DNA of 62,820 bases, counting the filler, from Klebsormidium nitens (taxonomy: Eukaryota; Plantae; Klebsormidiophyceae): NCBI GenBank assembly GCA_000708835.1. It is 5 parts of 5 records of this genome, joined end to end, with 100 filler letters (N's around TTAATTAATTAA, not from the genome) between each part and the next. Parts side by side here need not be neighbours in the genome. Positions count along the whole stretch, not along the records: positions 1 to 23,188 come from DF237877.1; 4 more parts are not named here. One strand, given 5' to 3'. Shown here one piece after another: positions 1-12,061 of this stretch. Position 1 is the stretch's first letter. Each line of letters begins with the position of its first letter. Made by a program: the position numbers and the translations under genes. Below the pieces are notes generated by a model. It was not told where the DNA came from and searched no databases. It saw only the letters and a list, made by a program, of their open reading frames with translations.

Positions 1-330
1 GGGCTGGCACCTAAAGGGGAAGGGAAGCGAAACTCAGCATATAACACAGAACTCTGGTTTCTGCAAGAGGGCGCTTCCAGGGTTTCCATGGCTGCTGCAT
101 AGGCGACAGAGTTTCCGCTTCGTTCTCTGGTCGTATTGCCGCTTTATAGCTGAGGTTTTAGGGCAGACGTCACAAATCTGGGGAGACAGTACAAGGAGCA
201 CAAGGCTTCTTTCAAGGAATCGTTGTTCTTTGAGCTGCTGCACATGTTGGAGGTTGATGACGACAGAAAGGCCGAGCAGCCCTTTCAAAACATGGGAGAT
301 ATCAAGGACAACCAATGGATCAATCACTGG
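1..330 (+). pseudogene. 5' part of a giant-virus-type gene (possibly T5orf172/GIY-YIG-like), interrupted by the IS607 element
   Basis: Frame 1 reads ...LPLYS*GFRADVTNLGRQYKEHKASFKESLFFELLHMLEVDDDRKAEQPFQNMGDIKDNQWINHW with 2 internal stops, and continues in frame at 2214 if 331-2213 is removed. The family assignment is by resemblance only. Confidence 0.45.
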
Positions 331-356
331 ACAAACCTAGACACTTAGGTCATCTG

Positions 357-1559
357 TTAGTCCAGGCTAAGCACGATATATCTACCGTGGCTCCATCTCG
401 CATTGCCCCCGCTAGAGGGGGTCTCTTCCCGCATGGCTCTAAGTAGCACGTTGCGAGCACCGTTGCAATTCCGGTCTAGCACTACACCACAACTCGGACA
501 CTCAAACACCCTTCTCCTTCCCAATGTCTCGTGTATCGACCCGCACCTCCCACACGTCTTGCTCGTGTAGTGTTCGCTGACCTGTAGCACCTTCACCCCC
601 TGTACAACGGCCTTGGCTATTAGCCGCTGTTTGAACTTGTAGTGTGAAAGGAGCGAAAGATTGCGAACTGTCTTGCTGCGCAATCTCCTGTTTGTTCTTC
701 GTATCATGTCACTCGTCTTGAACGTGGGTAGGAGAATGACGTCCCCGGTTCTTGTCAGGAACTCGGCTGTCTTGTAATGCATCTGTAACCGCCGCCTTAG
801 CTTTTTCATCCGTACCTTCAGTGCCCACTTCTTCCACCTCAGCTTCTTTGGTGTGGTGCTCTCCTGCGATATTAGCCCGTCAAGATGGATACAAAGAGCC
901 TCGAGCTTCCTACAGCACGACCTGCCTAACTCGTAGCAACGCCCCTCCGGTGTGTACTAAACGATTTGGAACGTCCTCACTCCAGGGTCTAGTGCGATGA
1001 CCCCTTCTGTGCCGGAGAAACCCTGTATCTCTTGTATGGTACTATGAGGAAGTACTGCACCCCGTCGAAGTGAATCTTGCAGTCCTTTGTTAGTGGCCCG
1101 ATCCTGCTCAGAGTCTCAAAAATCCAGGGGCAGGAGTCTCGATATATCAGCAAGCGGCGGTCTTCTTTTACTCGCAAAGCAGTCTTTGGGACGTTGATTG
1201 TCCAGCCACATCTATCTTCTTTCTTCCTGCTCTTGTTTGCCTATCTTGAAGTTCTCGATGTTGCTTCTGGCCTTATTGGTAAAAGCAGCCTTGATGTTCT
1301 TTGCTGCTTCAAAAACAGCACCTGCACGTATGTTATTTGGTGTTGCCAGTAGCCATGGATCTTCTTGATTCACTGCAGCAGGCGTGCTCATGTTCCTGAG
1401 CCGCATCTTATTGTAGCAGGAGGTTTCGTTCATGAGAGATACTGCTTTGTTGTAGCTGAACCGGACTGCGTGTCTCCACTTGTCCAAGAGCTTCTTCTGT
1501 GCCTTGTTTGAAAACATGCGAACTTTTCTGGTTCTTGTCACGGGCGCGTCTGCCGGCAT
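357..1559 (-). pseudogene. tnpB: TnpB/Fanzor2 RNA-guided nuclease, frameshifted
   Basis: N-terminal RTRKVRMF...WRHAVRFSYNKAV; RuvC-I VIALDPGVRTF (~970-1000); RuvC-II VSEHYTSK; zinc finger CGRCG...CPSCG; RuvC-III LDRNCNGARN with the catalytic D read as N. The gene is split over several frames with stops. Confidence 0.9.
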
Positions 1560-2094
1560 ATCTTCGCTTGCCGTTCCATCGACAACCGAAAACCTGAATG
1601 ACGGCGAGCCACGTCCTCCGCCAACTCCGCCTCTGGTGACTTATCTGCCTTGTCGCAAACCACGAGCTCGACACCGTGTCTGTTGAAGTACCAGTGAGGA
1701 GATCGAATCCGAAACGACACAGTCTGTCTTTTGAGGCAACCACAACTCGGCGTAGCAGTCCCTCCTCGCTTCGTTCCAAAAGGGATAGAAGTCCCTTCCT
1801 CTTGAAGTTGAGCCCCGAGCCGATGTCCTTGACAACTTTGGATCCGGGATATTTGTCAAGTAGATACTTCTTGTGGCATTGCATGTCGTCCTGCTGTTTG
1901 CTACTCGAGACCCGTACATACACGAGAGACTCTCTCTTGAGCTCGACCCGACCCTGTCGGCCGTCGATGCGGAAGAGTCTCCGGTTTCCTGGGCTCCTCT
2001 TGACGGTGATCTTCCCAGATGCCTCTCATCGGTATAGAGTCTTCCCCGAGACACCAAAGTGGTCCCGTGCAAGTGCGAGAGAGACATACCCCAT
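1540..2094 (-). pseudogene. tnpA: IS607 TnpA (MerR-like HTH + serine recombinase)
   Basis: ATG at 2094 gives MGYVSLALARDHFGVSGKTLYR*EASGKI... (TGA at 2026-2028), then YVRVSSSKQQDD...DIGSGLNFKRKGL...VVASKDRLCRFGFDLL. Two compensating frameshifts flank YFNRHGVELVV...SPEAELAED. The end coordinate is approximate. Confidence 0.9.
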
Positions 2095-2213
2095 GTCCGA
2101 TCTGAAGTACAGCCCGAAAATTTCTGGGGGCCACGAAACTCACGGTGCGTTTGTTTGAAACATCCTGTCCACTATTGTCGTATGAAGGGACAGCAGTTGC
2201 AAACCTCTCGCGG

Positions 2214-2660
2214 CTCACAATCGTTGATACTACGCACATCGATATCTTTGTGCCACCAGCCAGCCTCACCGACGAGAAGATTTTGTACCATATGCGCAAG
2301 GGGGTCAGACTATCAACCTCAATGGAAGTCGTGATGTCAGATGCTCACGACAATAGCTTAGAGATCGAGCGGGAGAGAACGAAGCAGATGGAGCTAGCGA
2401 ATCAAATGAAGCTTGGTCTTGAGCAAGAGAAGCTAAAGATGCAGTAGGCAACATATGACCATGAGTACAGGATGGAGCAACTCAAACGGATCAACGTGAG
2501 CACACCATCGATGGTGCCGGCAACCGAGCAAAAGGAGCGTGTTGTGGTCCAGTCCCAGCCACTAGAGACACGATATTTCCTTGGCAAATACAATCTGCCG
2601 TTCCTCTGTCGAGAGATGGAGGCTGGCTTTGGAGCCGCGTTGCCCGATTAGTAGGCCGGT
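2214..2660 (+). pseudogene. 3' part of the IS607-interrupted gene, with a coiled-coil tail
   Basis: LTIVDTTHIDIFVPP...LEIERERTKQMELANQMKL...Q*ATYDHEYRMEQLKR. The end coordinate is approximate. Confidence 0.5.
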
Positions 2661-2870
2661 GGCCCAAAGAGAGAAAGCAAAATGCATGGACCTAAGAGTA
2701 GCACAGTTGGGTCGTTCCAGGAGGGCCGTCTCTTGTTGTTCACTGCCGACTGCAAGCCGTCTCGCGTGGGTTCGGGTGCTTGAAAGGGAGAGGAAAGGAG
2801 GCTTAAGGAAGCTTCGGTGTCTCAGAAAGACAAGCCAAAGCCGGGCGCTCGGTCGTGTTAGGGGGACAAG

Positions 2871-3952
2871 ATGAACGTGGAGGTTGTGTTGGCGCATCCG
2901 AAGGTGGCGGGAGAGAGGTTCGAGGGCAACCGGCAAAAGCTTGCGACAATCTTGGTTAAGGGACTCAACGATGACGAGAGCAACTTCCCGAACGACTTCG
3001 ACGACGTTCGGAAGTTCTTGGGTTACAGCACTACAGCAAGTGGAGTCAAGAAGCTAAAGAGAGGAGACTTTAGAGATCGAAGGAGTCGACTATGTCATGG
3101 CGAGAAGTAGGGCTCCTGCTGATCAGTCAGTTGACGCAGGTGGACGTCCGTCAAACATCTATTGCATGACCACTGAAGCGTTCGAGAGAGGGCAGAGATT
3201 TACAGTCTCTGCCCTAACGAAGCGAGGCTCCATAGTCCGAGACTTCTTCATCGCCGTGAAGCAAGCATATTTCACCATCTTGGCAGAGAACAGCACGCTA
3301 GAGTTCCTGCAGCGTGCAGCTAAACGACACAAGGGACTCATCGACAAGCACTACCCGGGGCTGGTCAGACCCCTGGAGCCCACTATTCCAAGAGAGCAAG
3401 TGGTACGAGACTCTCTGGCTTCGAGCATACTGGGAGCTCGGACGGAGGTCCAGTGCTCGCATGGAGAGTCGACATTCTCACAGACGCGTTCGTGATCGAG
3501 GTGAAGCACTGTTCGAAATGGAAGGCCGCGTTGGGGCAGTGCTTGGCTTATCGAGATTGCTTCCAAGGACGGGAAGCAAAGATGGCGTTATTCGGTAACG
3601 AAGACGAGATTGGGAAGGTAGACATAGATGAGGTCACCCGACTCTGCGCCGTGCACAAAGTCGAAATAGACATCGTTGTAGAAGGGCCACCGGTGCAGAG
3701 TCTTGCTACTCACGCGAGCCTTAGAGAGGAGCCCCAAGCGACCGCGAGGTACAATTACAGGAAAAGAGAGCAGAGATCAGATGCATGAGTAAGCAGTGGT
3801 TTGAATTGGCACTGGCGAAAGAGAAAACGAAACAGCTCAAGCTGGAAACCTTGCAAGCGACGGTAACTCTGGAACAGATCAAGGCGACATTGGATCACAA
3901 ATACAGGATGGCGAGGCTCAAATCCGAAAGGGCGGAGAGGGTTACGTTTTGA
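2871..3952 (+). pseudogene. MSV199/AntA-like DNA-binding domain fused to a PD-(D/E)XK nuclease-like domain (NCLDV-type), frameshifted
   Basis: FPNDFDDVRKFLGYS...GGRPSNIYCMTTEAFE...RGSIVRDFF; then RVDILTDAFVIEVKHCSKWKAALGQCLAY; tail AKEKTKQLKL...ATLDHKYRMARLK. Spread over four frames. Confidence 0.65.
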
Positions 3953-4299
3953 AAAAGGACGCCTCGCTTGTAGCACAATCCCGCGTGCCGGAGCCGATGG
4001 CTCTCGTTCACATAGAACGTCATAGCCCATTTGTGAGAGAAGTAGGGTTCAAATATATATTCGACTTACACATTCGCACATTTGCCGGTACATTTTCCTT
4101 GTCAAGTCGACCCAACCATGATTGCAGCAAACAAGTGTGCTTCACGTTGAATGTTCCCAAACCTGACAACGATCTTGACGAAGGCGCGCACCTCATCCTT
4201 TCTGAAACGCTTCGGTGACGGATGAAAACCTCAACCAAGGTGGCCGTCGTGCGACAAACAGGTGTTCACGTATTTTGTGTGCCTTTAGCATGAAGGCCC

Positions 4300-5646
4300 T
4301 GTCCATGCTGGGGCCACATCAAGCGACTCTTTGAATTCTTGTGATTGGCAACTCAAACGGCAACAAGGTCAGAGCTCTCGACTTTCAAGTTTCAAGTTGA
4401 ACGGCTGTGACACATACAGCTGTGAGACTCTCTCCTAAACTCGATGCTCGAGGAAGATGTGTCGTATATAGCCGCTTCGGGAGCCAACCAACAATTGGGC
4501 ATATATACTGCTGCTAACCTTTTGAGCAAGAAAATTATCGAAAAAAAGTGAGCTATCGAGCAGCGGCAATGATAATAGACTCGACCAGACACGAGATTTT
4601 TCACTTCAACGTAGAAGCGCCTTATTGAGGAAGCTTCTGATACATACGTCGTCAGTCTGTGACCAGGTTGAGATCGATATGTTTTGGAGTGAACCTCTTT
4701 CATGATGCTTGTTCTACGTAAGGACCGCTTACCGGCAGGACCAGCGCGGACTGTGAACGGTCCCCGCTGTCTTCTGGTCCTCTTCTGCTGCACTCTGCTT
4801 GCCGTAAAGGTGGTAGGCCGCTTGGCGTATCTCGGCGGGATGCTGAAAATAGTTCTCTTGTTTAGCCTTCTTGATAACCAACCGTCAGATGCGGGGGCCA
4901 CAAAGCAATCAACCAAAACAATGCGTCGAGGGACTCCCAAGAAGAAGCCTGCTTTCCGTGTAGCGACCTTACTACTGTCATTATTGACGTTCAGAGCATT
5001 TGGGACCAATGCCATTTCAATTTACTGAGAGATCGAGTAGCATTCGCAGTACGAAGCCTCCTTAGATTTGGCCCAATATTGATTACGAGGCACGTCAATC
5101 TCTCCCCTCACTCTTGACATCAACCTGCCAAGATTCCAAGGATTCACCTGCAGTATCTTTAGAATCTTCGTTGTTCCGGACTCCAAGTCCCTCAAGTGCT
5201 TGGCAAGAACTGCCAAGATAATGAATGAAAGTTGCGTCCGCTTCGTCTGCACTGTTCGGGCGCTGATCTGTGCCCTCCGAGTTCACACATTGTGCTGCAA
5301 TCGCCGGTAGAACTCCCACTGTCGACGACTTCGCGCCTCTTCCAGTGGCAAAATATGCTGCACCAATGGCCAGGAGACAGCCGATGCCTAGCAGAGTAAG
5401 GGTAGTGAAAACCCTCCCCGACTCAGAACGCATCCCAGCCGACATTTTCGAAGCAGACTTGTTGACAACAGGGTGTTCTACGTCTTGCTCAGATGATGGG
5501 TGTCTTGTTGAGCAGAAGGCTGTAGCCTTTGTCACAGACGAAGCCGATTGATTCCTGCTTCCTATGCAGGGTTGCGTGACTTTCTCAGATTGTGACCTGC
5601 ATGCGATGCTACCTTCAGGCATCTCTGTCTTGTTGCAATCATTCAT
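4300..5646 (-). pseudogene. Decayed unidentified ORF with one hydrophobic segment
   Basis: A 183-aa ORF (5095-5646) contains VFTTLTLLGIGCLLAIGAAYFA. Protein-like text continues downstream with stops, but no family was recognised. Confidence 0.25.
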
Positions 5647-6649
5647 GCAGAATCATCTTATCTCTTGATCGGGCTGCACCGCTGTCCGAAGTGAAAGGGC
5701 TTGCAAAATGAGTCAACGACTCTACTGAGAAGCAGACAGTCGCCGTCAACGGCGTTCGGACATACGCGGTCAAAGGAGTCGATTCTATTCACAGTACAGT
5801 CGCTTGCCAGCTTGATTCTTTCGGCTCAGTAACAGAAGGATTCAAGCGCATGACACCAGTGTTGACCAAACAACTCCTCGAGGCCAGGTTTGGCAGAGCA
5901 AGGACCCGTCTTGCAAGCGAGCCCAGTCTGCAGCGACTTCGATCGACAAATCAGCAAGATTGGTTCTTGTTTGCAATCTCGGTTTTCTGACGGGATTTTG
6001 GACCCCGGCATACGAGAGCGCAGAGATGCTTACGAATAAGCAAGATGGGGTCAAACTTGATGCACATAGATTGGTGGACTCCTGATCGACGTTTGTACAG
6101 CGATTGCAAATCCATATAGACACGCCCACGGTGTTTTTGAGCCCACAATAAAACATGCGCAAGGTTTCCTTTTGCGGCTGGAGGACGTCCATGTGCATAC
6201 ATCTGAGACATGACGTTAGAATAAGACGATGCCACTTATGCAATTCCACGAGATCCTGATGCCCGGGCAGCTCAGGCTTTCAAACGCATGCAATGTTGTC
6301 AGCAGGCTGTCTATGCATTAAGCTGCATCTTATGTTACAGCTTAATAACTCCTTGCATAATCGTGATGTCTGTGTGAGTAGAGGGGTCGTGGAGCTTCAA
6401 GAGCAGTCGCCCGGGTTTCACTTCTCACGTACAGCGTCCGGTAGACCAATCTTTGTGAAAGTTTGATGCAAACAAGAACGGGTTTCTTTTCTTGCACCGT
6501 CCCGGTGCACGGGTGATTGTGGGCTACAAGTATTAGGTCCTCAAAACCTCCATGGCCGTTGTCAGGTCCTTGATCCTTGCAGTCATGCGGGCATGCTTGT
6601 CCGCAAGGGTCGCATCCTGAAGACAAGCAAACGGATAACCCTTGAGTCC

Positions 6650-9600
6650 ACAGAGCGGCTCGGGAAGTCAGCATGATTCAAGAGCTGGGCGAAGCAAGCG
6701 CTTTATATTGGAGTATTGATGGAGGCCATCGGTAGTGCTTGCCATGACATCCTGCGATTCATATCCACTGCAGCTCGTCAGCCTGGACGTAGGGATCCAA
6801 ACATAGGATTTGCGGGAAAATGAGCCCAGGGACGGCTCCCTTAGCTTACCTGCATCATGTGTTTCAAAGCCTCCAGGTCAGTCGCTACAGTCGTCATGAC
6901 CGCCCGGTCAAAGTCGGTCAGCAGGGCGTTCTTAAAGGCGTAGTACAGCTCCATCGGTACAACGTCCATCAGGCGGTTGCTGACGATGTACCAGTACGCG
7001 AAGAGCTCCACCTGACAAAGAAAAGACAGGCGTCGAGTGATTGCTCGGGTTTGAACCTTTGCTTGTATGCTCACGAGGTGCACCGGGCGCCCAATTTTCG
7101 TCATTGAATCTTGATTCTGAAGGAAGTAGAAGTCTACGGTTGAGAAAGTTGTAGGAAAAAAATGCTATTTACCACTGGCTTTTGCCATTTTTGAATTAGG
7201 GGGAGCATAATGCACATGTGACAATTGGCCTCGACATCGTTGATAGCAGCCAGTACTGCAAAAGGCCCAGGAGCCTGGTCTTGAAGCGTTGAGCGTGAGG
7301 ACTGGAACGTAGGTTTCGTCAACTGCTCACTCACCTGCAGCTCCTTTGTTTCGAAGTTCAAACCGCTCAATCGCAGCTGCTCCAGGTGCGCTTGGATGTC
7401 GCCAGAGAGCAGCCGCAGGTCAGAGTATCGCAGAGGCGACGCGTGGTCTCCCTCTCCGGCTTCCACGGTGCTTTTCTCGTGGATCACTAGCATGAGCCGC
7501 TCCAAGATGGCGGAATACAGCGGGTGGTTGGTGAAGCCGCCATTGGGAGTGGTCCGTTCCTTCTCAATGATCCGACAGATGAACTCCCGGCAGTGCTCTG
7601 TAGCCGTTTCCAAGGCCTGCAATATGTTTCGAGCGTGGCTTTCCGGCACTCAATCCGCGAAGTACCGTGTAACGGATTCTCAGAGAAGAACGCAGCCTGG
7701 TTGTCCTAGTATACAGTGGACGTGGCCTTTGCTTTGTCCCTGCTGTCCTATATAGCAGAAGCCTAACGTTCCACATCAGATGACTTCCGACTAAAGGATC
7801 AAACCTAGATACAACCCCTTTCGAAAACACATAGTCTCAACCTTTGAGAGCAAAAGAGGGCTGCAACATTCAGAGAGTATAATGATGGCAAGATTTGCAA
7901 CGAGCAGCTTCCGCCTGTAGCCCGCCAGCCCAACGGTTCAAAGTGGGGGTCAAGGCAAAACCTTACCGCCACTTGCAGCTCTAGCAGCCGTTCCTGAAGC
8001 ACCGGGAACGTAGTGGCCGAATCGAAGCTGTCTGCCAAGACCTGGCGGGCAATCGTCTCCACAAAGCCGCGCGTCCTTGTGAGCAGGTTCTGGCAGTTGG
8101 CCTCGCACGCACTTAGGAGCTGCCGGAAGATGTTGTTGAACGGCAGCTTCTTCACCATGCCCGGCAGACCCATTGGGCGGTCTTGCATGGCTAAGTCGCG
8201 GAGCTTCTCGCCCCCTGCCCTCGTCAGGATGCCCGTGCACGGACCCACGTCGGCTAAAATTTCCTGCAGGCCGGCGAATTTGCATGAGATGTTTTTTTCA
8301 CTTTTCGAGGGACGTCGCTATCAAGAAGCACCGTCAGTATAGTAAGCAGAACGTTGATGCAGCTGTCCACACCATGCTGCAGACTTTGTAAGCAGATGGA
8401 TCTCGTATGGACGAAACGTCTCTGACTTAAGACTTCATATGGGAAAATGCTCTTTAAACCGAGCTAGAGGTTGAAGCACCTTCGCGAATGCATCGTTGCA
8501 CTCCTGCCTGAACTTCTTGAGCAGCTTCATCTCCTCGTTGCCGGGGTAGTCAGACAGGTCGTCACGGACGAGGCGCTCCACCCTGTTGCTTCGTTTTGTG
8601 GTGACGGCGTATAGCTGCTTAATGGCGTCCGCGTTGTTGGACACAAACGGGGGCAGCAGGGACCGCTCTCGCTGCAGGGTGATTCGCAGTTTCTTCCAAC
8701 AAAGGCACGTGTCGCTTTCAAATTTCCATTAGGGCAGCAATTGGCTGTCCGCAGAACTTCAAACATGAAAGACGAGATGCTTCGAAGAGGTCTCTGGTGA
8801 TTTCTCAAGTGGCAGGGACCTCGTAAAGACTCCTGTTAGGAAGCAATCAACATTCTCTGGATAGAGCACAATCTGAACTTCTGGTGAAGCTCATCTAGTT
8901 GGACAGGCAGTCATTGACTCACACGCCGTTGTTCTAAAGCCTCCTGGATTCTACGGTGGATCTCCGGCAGCTGCTCGTTGATGATCTTCTCCTGGAGCTT
9001 CACCAAGCTCTTGACGAGCGCTTGTATACCAAGAGTGTTGGGCGCTTGCAAGCGCTGCAAAGTGGAGGCGTGGTTGTTGAAGAAAGTCTCCTCGTCCTTG
9101 ATGCCCTGTGCGAAGTCCATATGGCGGCCCTCACGAATCTCCGGGTTCCTACGAGCAGGACCACAGAAGGCTACCTCGACATCATGATCATGAAGTCAAA
9201 CTCTTGTCGATGAAGTCCAGTCGAGTGGATAGATGCAACGGAGTTGGATACAACGGAGTACAGCTCTTTGACGTCAGAAGTGCAGAACTGTCAGATGATT
9301 AAGAGTTTTAACGTCTGAAGCGGGCAGGTGCGAAAGTTCCTGGCAAAAGCAAGACTCTTCGTATCAGGAATGCGGAGGGCGCCAGTAAAGCTCTGGCACA
9401 ACACATGACGCTGTCACCAGATGCAACAACGATCTGTGCGCTTCCGTATGGACGACAGCCGTTGGCAAGGCTTTCACTCTGTTGCTTACCTTAGCAGGGC
9501 GTAGCCAAGCCTAAGCCTTGCATCGTTTTTCTCGACTCTCTCGAGGAGACCGTCAGGTGCTGCCTTGTCACACTTGGTGAGCACTGCCAGCGTGCGATCC

Positions 9601-10650
9601 CCTTTCGGGTCTAGCTCCCGTGCAAGGGCCAGCGAATGGTGGATCTGAGTGTCGCTATCCGCAGGCATGACTGCCAGCATGATGCTCTCCTTCTTTTCGG
9701 CATATTTGATGATGAGATTCTTGATGTCGGTGCAGATGCTCTCAGGAGCACCGCGGCCAGCGAGGGCCACCATACCCGGCAAGTCGATGAGATTGAGATC
9801 TGCAGGCCAGGGAAATTCTTAACTTCGTTTCTGAACTTGTTTGCATCGACTGCCCACAGAAGTAGCTTTCACTCTTGTCATGCTCCTTCAGCCCCCTCTT
9901 TGTAGAACCTCGGATTTCCGTCTACCAAGCTGATCAACACCAAGCAGGCGGTGCTTCGTAAGCAACAAAGCTGATTTTAGGCAAAGATGTGCTTTAGAGA
10001 TCTTGCTTCTTTTCAGACGTGGCGCAAGGCTGAGCCCAACAGGAGTGCAGTGGCAGACAGTTCAGTGGTGCTTTCGCACTCTACCCACCTGGCGTGCCCC
10101 TCCTGAGGACCGTCAGCGTCGCTGCCGTAGCACTGATGGCTGAGTCCGACCCTGCAAGCTCACGGGTTGCTCGATTGACCAGCTCGGGAATGTCACGCTC
10201 GGAGATGTTGGGGTGATGTCTGAGTGCATCTCTGCCCTGCCATTCGAAGGAAATGATTTGATCGGGCCCCCCCCTGGCGGCCTTGTTGTCGCGCAGCTTG
10301 ACGAAGAGTGGGATGCGCGTACACATGCCGCTCTTGGCGGGCAGGTTGATGCCCAAGATCCGGGACAGCACCGTGCTCTTCCCGTGGGACTGCTCTCCGA
10401 CGACCACCACAGCAGGGATGTTAATACCCTCCTCCGCCAGTCCCGGCAAGCCGTGCAGCATGTTAAACTGATCCAGGATGCGCTGCAGCCTTCCCTGAGC
10501 AGCAGCCACATCATTGTCCTCCCGAGAGTGGTCGCTGCTCGCCCAAGAGTGGGGATTCGAGGGCCAAGCGTCTGCGTTGCTTGGGCTGCCCTCCATGCTA
10601 CTCGCTGGAGACGACTCCACCACGGCGTCCATCTGCTGATCGTTTAACAT
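6650..10650 (-). CDS. Mx-like dynamin-related GTPase (GTPase, middle and GED domains; no PH or PRD domain)
   Basis: Exons 10650-10089, 9799-9490, 9148-8923, 8671-8480, 8263-7967, 7616-7335 and 7011-6850 join in frame via GT-AG introns (677 codons, no stops). G1 GEQSHGKS, G2 CTR, G3 DLPG, G4 TKCD, GED AYWYIVSNRLMDVVP. The last exon is unresolved, so the 3' coordinate is approximate. Confidence 0.9.
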
Positions 10651-12061
10651 AATGACACGATACTGTGTGAGGTTGAAGCTTGCGGCCTCGACTCGGACGG
10701 AGAATTATTGGCAGACAGAAGGCTCTAAGTATCTCTTAGTCTTTACGTTGACTGCCTAGGCGAGATCAAGCGGTCTCTCTTGGACCATCGACATGCTGCC
10801 CCATACTCCATGCAATGCTGCGGCCCCTATTTAGACTTTCACATTCTTGAGCCTCTGGCACGTCGTCCCGACATAAGTGTACCAAGGTACAGCCTTGACT
10901 GTTTCAAATATTGCAGTCAAACCCAACTTGGACAACTTCACGGTCCCGTACATGGTTGCTCCGCTACTGTAGCTACAGGTAGTACTTAGTAGCAGGCTCT
11001 TGTACATATTTGCTGTTACCTAAGAATCTCAAATGCCTCTCCGATTTTGAAAGTTACTCGAGAGGTCTGCTGTCAAGCAATAGCTTCACGTGCCAGCTGT
11101 CAGACCGCGGGCCCATGTCGCACCTGCTGCATGACGCAACTCGTCTGCATCAGAGCGCTATCGACGCCGTTGAAACGACATTGCCGTCTCATCGGACGAC
11201 TCTCGGGTGCACCAGCTGTATACTCGCTAGCATCAGACGCGGGTTAACGGTTTACATCGTGACTGCGGGACTTCCGTACTGACAGCAGATTGGCTAGGGC
11301 CCAGCAACTGTATGATCATCTTCGTATACCAAAATTACACGACGGTGTTGCTGCTCCTTTCAAGCAAGCTGCTAGCGGGGCTGCTAGCTTTACGTCTGAG
11401 TTGAAAGGGGAAGTGCAAACGTCAGACGGTAAAAGTGAGAGTAAAATCAACGCCTTCTCGACTTGACTTATACCTTCGTCGTCTGATTACCTTAAAGTCC
11501 CAATTTTCTCCCCCTTCCTGAAACCAGGAAGTTGCTTGGAAGAAGCTCAGAGTACCGTAGCTGTACTTCAATAAGAGATATAGCAGTACGATCCGAGTGA
11601 TCGACAAGCGCGATCAGCATTGGCTCATGCAGTGGGCTGCCACCTTGAATAGTTTGCTGCACGCGCAACGTTCATCAGCAGGCAAGTTCCTACCAAAGGC
11701 GACTTTGCAAGCTGTCATCAGGAAAGGCCAACTGGGGTCCGAGATTGCTCCGCGACGTCCTTAGACCAATGTAGATTTCAATGCCCTTGCTTCCTCATTT
11801 GCTGGCTGCACGCAGCCTTCCCTTCGATCCTTACTGCTCTGACGCATGTGGTGCCCGCGGCCAGTAGTCCAGATTCAACGTTGCTGCTAGATTGGTGCAA
11901 CAGGTTGACTTCGACCGAAGAGCGCCATGGCGCCAATCATCCCGGACAATACCCAAGACCCGACAGGTGAGTCTACGTGAGGGAGCGTCGATGCATATCA
12001 CCTCGCAGCATATCATGCATCTGGGCAACGCAATCATTGGCTATAGGGCAGGCACATGCAT

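Larger units (their letters stand above)
331..2213 (-). mobile_element. IS607-family element (serine recombinase TnpA + TnpB/Fanzor2), decayed
   Basis: tnpA and tnpB homologs lie in tandem. GG dinucleotides at 329-330 and 2212-2213 restore the host reading frame when joined. CAAACCT occurs near both ends (332-338, 2200-2206). No TSD is seen. Confidence 0.85.

Noticed and set aside
34-327. Minus-strand ORF with CxxC...CxxC resembling a zinc finger
   Set aside because: It is the antisense shadow of the plus-strand gene that continues after the IS607 element.
1-4300. Calling a complete endogenous giant virus
   Set aside because: No capsid, DNA polymerase, packaging ATPase or primase gene is visible, only accessory-type genes.
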